A stretch of DNA of 64,000 nucleotides from Vicugna vicugna (taxonomy: Eukaryota), in contig MU058039.1 in NCBI GenBank assembly GCA_013265495.1, positions 498,591 to 562,590 of the forward strand, in the 5' to 3' direction. Positions 54,701 to 64,000 of the stretch are shown in pieces. The notes beneath the pieces are model-generated. The model was given only the letters and a program-made list of their open reading frames with translations, searched no databases and was not told the DNA's origin. The position numbers and the translations under genes were made by a program. The stretch's first letter is position 1. Each line of letters starts with the position of its first letter.

Positions 54701-55310
54701 CTGAACATAGAAGGATGTTTAGACCTGTCCTTTTTGTTTGCATTTAATTTTGCCCTGAGATAGGGACTCAGCCTTCCTCCTTAAAGGACAACATTAGAGA
54801 CCAAAGTTTGAGTGTTGTCTGATAGGATGTGAAATTGAGGAGGGAAGTGGAAGATCACTAGGGTATTCTCAGATACTCAGGAAGTGAACCTGTATGTCCT
54901 CAATTCCAAGATCTCAGTACAGTTCAGTAAGTCTTTGAACCAGTAACAGTCTCCAGGAAATCACTGAGTCCCACTGTACTTAGTTGCATTTACTTAAATT
55001 TAAACTGTATCTTTGATTTCCGCTTGCATTTAGTCAAATTTACACTATATCTTTCGCTTCCCTAGTGGACAGTCTTATTTGTAACCTAGGCAAAATTCAT
55101 TATAGCCCTTTGTTGAGGTAACAGACCCTATTGTTGTTAATTGGGGCTGTTACTAGTCAGATTGAGAACCACATTTACTGCTGCTAGGTATGGCTGTAGA
55201 ACAAATTATAGTCAATGGGCTGCCATTGGAATTTTGTAGCAGTTTCTGAGTACCCTTCTTAAGGGCATCTTGCTCAAGTCCTTTACTGTTTTTCTTCTCC
55301 AAGCTATTAC

Positions 55311-55354
55311 TGTGTGTGTGTGTGTGCACGCGCACGCGTGCGCGTGTATGTATC
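55311..55354. repeat. (TG)n/(CG) alternating purine-pyrimidine tract with 20-bp palindrome
   Basis: tgtgtgtgtgtgtgtgcacgcgcacgcgtgcgcgtgtatgta; 55327-55346 is self-complementary. Confidence 0.85.
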
Positions 55355-55529
55355 TGATATATAATATATTTATCACCCCTGAGGACATCACAAATTTGCC
55401 ATATTTCTATAGTTCTTCCAGGCTTTTTGCATGACAGGGAAATACACTATGACCTGGTTGGAGCCGCTGGTTACTTTGTGGAACAATCCTAGGTAGGAAG
55501 TCTCATGACAGAAAATAAATGTTCCTAAT

Positions 55530-55760
55530 TGTATTAGTCTGCTTGGCTACCATAATAAAACCATAGAATGTGTGGCTTAAAACAACAGGAATTTATTTTC
55601 TCACAGTTCTGGAGACTAGAAGTCCATGATCAAGGTGTCAGCCAATTCTGTTTCTGGTAAGAACTCTCTCCTTGGGTTGCAGACAGCCACCTTCTCACTG
55701 TGTCCTTCCATGGCAGAGAAAATGAACTCCCTGGTGTCTCTTCTCCCCACCCTTATAGGA
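55530..55760 (-). mobile_element. MLT1A-like LTR fragment followed by a short L1 3' end
   Basis: tgtattagtctgcttggctaccataataaaaccatagaatgtgtggcttaaaacaacaggaatttattttctcacagttctggag. Confidence 0.7.
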
Positions 55761-55991
55761 CCTTATGTTATATTTTTAATTGAAATACAGTTGACATACA
55801 ATATTATATTAGTTTCAGGTGTAGTACATAGTGATTTGATATTTGCATACATTACGAAATGGTCACCACAATAAGTCTACTAACCTCTTAGGATAAAAGC
55901 TATGTTTTCTTTGGCTACTTTCTAGGGTCTTCTAGTGCTCTGGGAGGAAGAGAAATAAACCAGAATATTTGTTACAAATGAGAAATGTCAT

Positions 55992-55997
55992 TTTATT
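55992..55997 (-). terminator. Poly(A) signal of WDR87-family gene
   Basis: tttatt on + (AATAAA on -), ~150 nt past the ancestral stop at 56145. Confidence 0.7.
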
Positions 55998-56144
55998 CAG
56001 TACACAGTAATAGATTTCTGGAACTGAATGAAAACGGGTCTTTGTCTAGCCCCACCTTAAAGTGGGGAACAGGTAAAGAGGCTTAAAATCTGTGGCCCAG
56101 GCATACTTTCCAATAAGATCTCAAGGTGCTAATATTAGGCCATA

Positions 56145-61950
<5,806 letters not shown>

Positions 61951-61995
61951 CTGCACAGATATTGGGAAAAAAGTAATTAAGAAAAACACAGAGGT

Positions 61996-62560
61996 TACAA
62001 TAGCCAAGACATGGAAGCAACCTAAATGTCCATTGACAGATGAATGGATAAAGAAGATATGGTGTATATATACACAATAGAATACTACTCAGCCATAAAA
62101 AAAGAATGAAATAATTCTTCAGCAGCAACATGGATGGACCTAGAGATGATCATACTAAGAGAATTAAGTCAGCAGAGGAAGACAAACATCAGTGATATCA
62201 CTTATTTGTAGAATCTAAAAAATGATACAAATGAATATATTTACAAAACAGAAACAGACTCACAGACATAAAAAACAAACTTACCATTACCAAAGGGGAA
62301 ATAGAGGGAGAGGGATGAATTAGGAGTTTGGGATTACCAGACACAAAGTACTACACATAAAATAGATAAACAACAAGGTTCTACTGTATAGCACAGGGAG
62401 CTATATTCAAGATCTTGTAATAACCAAGAATGAAAAATAATACGAAAAAGAATATATATACCTATAACTGAATCACTTTGCTGTACACCAGAAACTAATG
62501 CAACATTGTAAGCCAAATATACTTGAATTAAAAAAAATAAAAAATAAAACAAACACTCCC
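61996..62560 (+). mobile_element. L1 3' end in last intron of WDR87-family gene (antisense to gene)
   Basis: tacaatagccaagacatggaagcaacctaaatgtcca...A-rich tail; flanking repeat cacagaggt at 61987-61995 and 62575-62583. Confidence 0.88.
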
Positions 62561-62886
62561 CCCACCCCAAAACCCACAGAGGTCCTGAGTGAGATCCTTT
62601 GTAATATCTAGTTCAATGAACTACCGTAAGAGATACAAAAGGGGGCTGAAGCTTTATGTACAGAAATTCCTGCTGCTTTATCGCAATTTCCATAACCTAA
62701 GAAATAAGACTTGGTATCTGTTGTGGGGTAGGTCTTTCCCAGGAAGATTACTTTCTGCGAAAAGGATTTTCCTTACTTAACTCTGTTACCACTGATATCT
62801 TTTTATATACCTTGGCCTTATTCACCCTGCCTTCTGGTGCTCTAAGGTAGGGCCCAAATATGCCCCATATATCACCCCATACATAC

Positions 62887-63158
62887 TAAAATTTCTGCTC
62901 TTTGCTTCAAGATGTGTCTTTCCTCCCTCCGGTTTGGTGATCCTTATAGGTGCTGACAAAGGTTTGAGTGTCTTTTCAGCAGGGGCCGCAGGTTCACCAG
63001 CCCTTGCAATATCTAGAGAAAAGGGAAATTGCTTGTCTCTGTGTGACAAGGTCACTTTCTCATTTAGCCGCTGCTCCACCTGAGTAAGGAGGTACTGGAT
63101 ATCATTAGCTTGAATTCCCAGCAGCCGGTCCAGAGAGGCTTCTCCAATAAAGTCCTGC
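62887..63158 (-). CDS. WDR87: WDR87-family penultimate exon (272 bp, open)
   Basis: Acceptor ttttgtag; QDFIGEASLDRLLGIQANDIQYLLTQVEQRLNEKVTLSHRD...SRNF; donor gtatgt at 62886; phase matches the next exon. Confidence 0.78.
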
Positions 63159-63625
63159 CTACAAAAGTCAAGGGAAAAGAAGGATAATACTGAGCCAGCA
63201 ATAAAACAAAATTAGAAGAGGAGGAGGAGGGGAAAGTACAGGACGAGGAGGTTCAAAAACAATGGAAGAAGCAGGGATAAGGTAGCCAACTAGGACAGAG
63301 TACTTAGAAGTAAAGGATGGATAAAGAATAAATAATCTAAAATAGCACGGAATAGAGTAGTCAGGGTGACCCATGATGCTTCTTCATTTAGGAGATTTGG
63401 GGACTTGAGTCTTGAGGAATCTTAAGGAAGTGAGAAAATGATGGAAGGGCAGGCTAGTCAACGGACAGAAGAGGGATAGGCACTTGGGTGAAAAACAAAT
63501 AGAATACAAAGAACATAGGCAGATGAAAAGAACAGAAAAGGGGTGGTGGAGGAGAAGCAGCAGTCAGATTTTGGAGGTTAGGAGCTAGAAGGAACAGAAG
63601 CGAAGAAGGCTGCCACCCAACTTGC

Positions 63626-64000
63626 TGCATTTCCTGGAAAGTTTCTTGTCTCTTCAGCAGGCCTACCAGCATACTCTTAGTTTGGATGCCTGTGACTCTC
63701 ATCATAAGGTATAAGGCCTTAGCCCGCACATTTTCATCACTGTCCATCAATCCCATAGCCAGTGGAACAGCAAAGAGATGGCTCATGAGGCCCAGCCTCT
63801 CTAGCCCCTCCCAGGCTATCTCACGGACCTGTGGATTGGAATGAGTTGTATCTTCTAGGAGGCGACTGGCAGCCTCAGAGTGCAACCTTGAAGATACTTC
63901 ATAGAAGGCAAAAATTTTTGCCAGAACACTAATATATGTCTTGTATTGCTCTATAGAACAGCAAACTGTGAGGTTGAGGATGGCCTCGATTAAAATATTA
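63626..64000 (-). CDS. WDR87: WDR87-family internal exon, 3' part (HEAT-like helical region, open; runs off window)
   Basis: Open from 63999: NILIEAILNL...RLLEDTTHSNPQVREIAWEGLERLGLMSHLFAVPLAMGLMDSDENVR...QETFQEMQ, similar to recalled WDR87. Confidence 0.8.

Noticed and set aside
61951..62131. Hydrophobic N-terminus of ORF 61091-62131
   Set aside because: Intronic, mostly antisense L1 sequence upstream of the splice acceptor at 61950.

Overview
Mammalian genomic DNA, probably camelid (two Vic-1-like tRNA-derived SINEs; no Alu, B1/B2 or Bov-A seen). It holds three gene units in a background of L1, LTR, L2/MIR and SINE fragments. (1) A + strand KRAB-C2H2 gene matching ZNF573 (coding exons 471-479, 1763-1887, 2849-2944, 18477-19928; 16 finger units) is disabled by a 2-nt deletion in KRAB-A, a frameshift after finger 6 and a nonsense codon in finger 14. 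(2) An apparently intact + strand KRAB-C2H2 gene matching ZNF607 has a CpG-island promoter at ~29.2-29.9 kb and CDS join 34245-34253, 36017-36143, 37349-37447, 45002-45963 (~398 aa, 10 fingers). (3) The 3' part of a - strand WDR87-family gene (exons >64000-63626, 63158-62887, 61950-56145) has about 500 open codons, followed by a giant last exon with at least 13 stops or frameshifts and an internal ~91-aa duplication. Other notable structure: a chimeric 2.9-kb L1 insertion inside one 18-bp TSD, three copies of a promoter-proximal module (one orphaned at 51.2 kb), exact 483-bp and 57-bp tandem duplications, and a solo LTR supplying the first AATAAA after the ZNF573-like stop. I found no convincing new biological system; the interest is in gene decay or truncation and rearrangement history. 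Gene symbols and repeat family names come from my recall of the human proteins and repeat consensus sequences, not from a database search.
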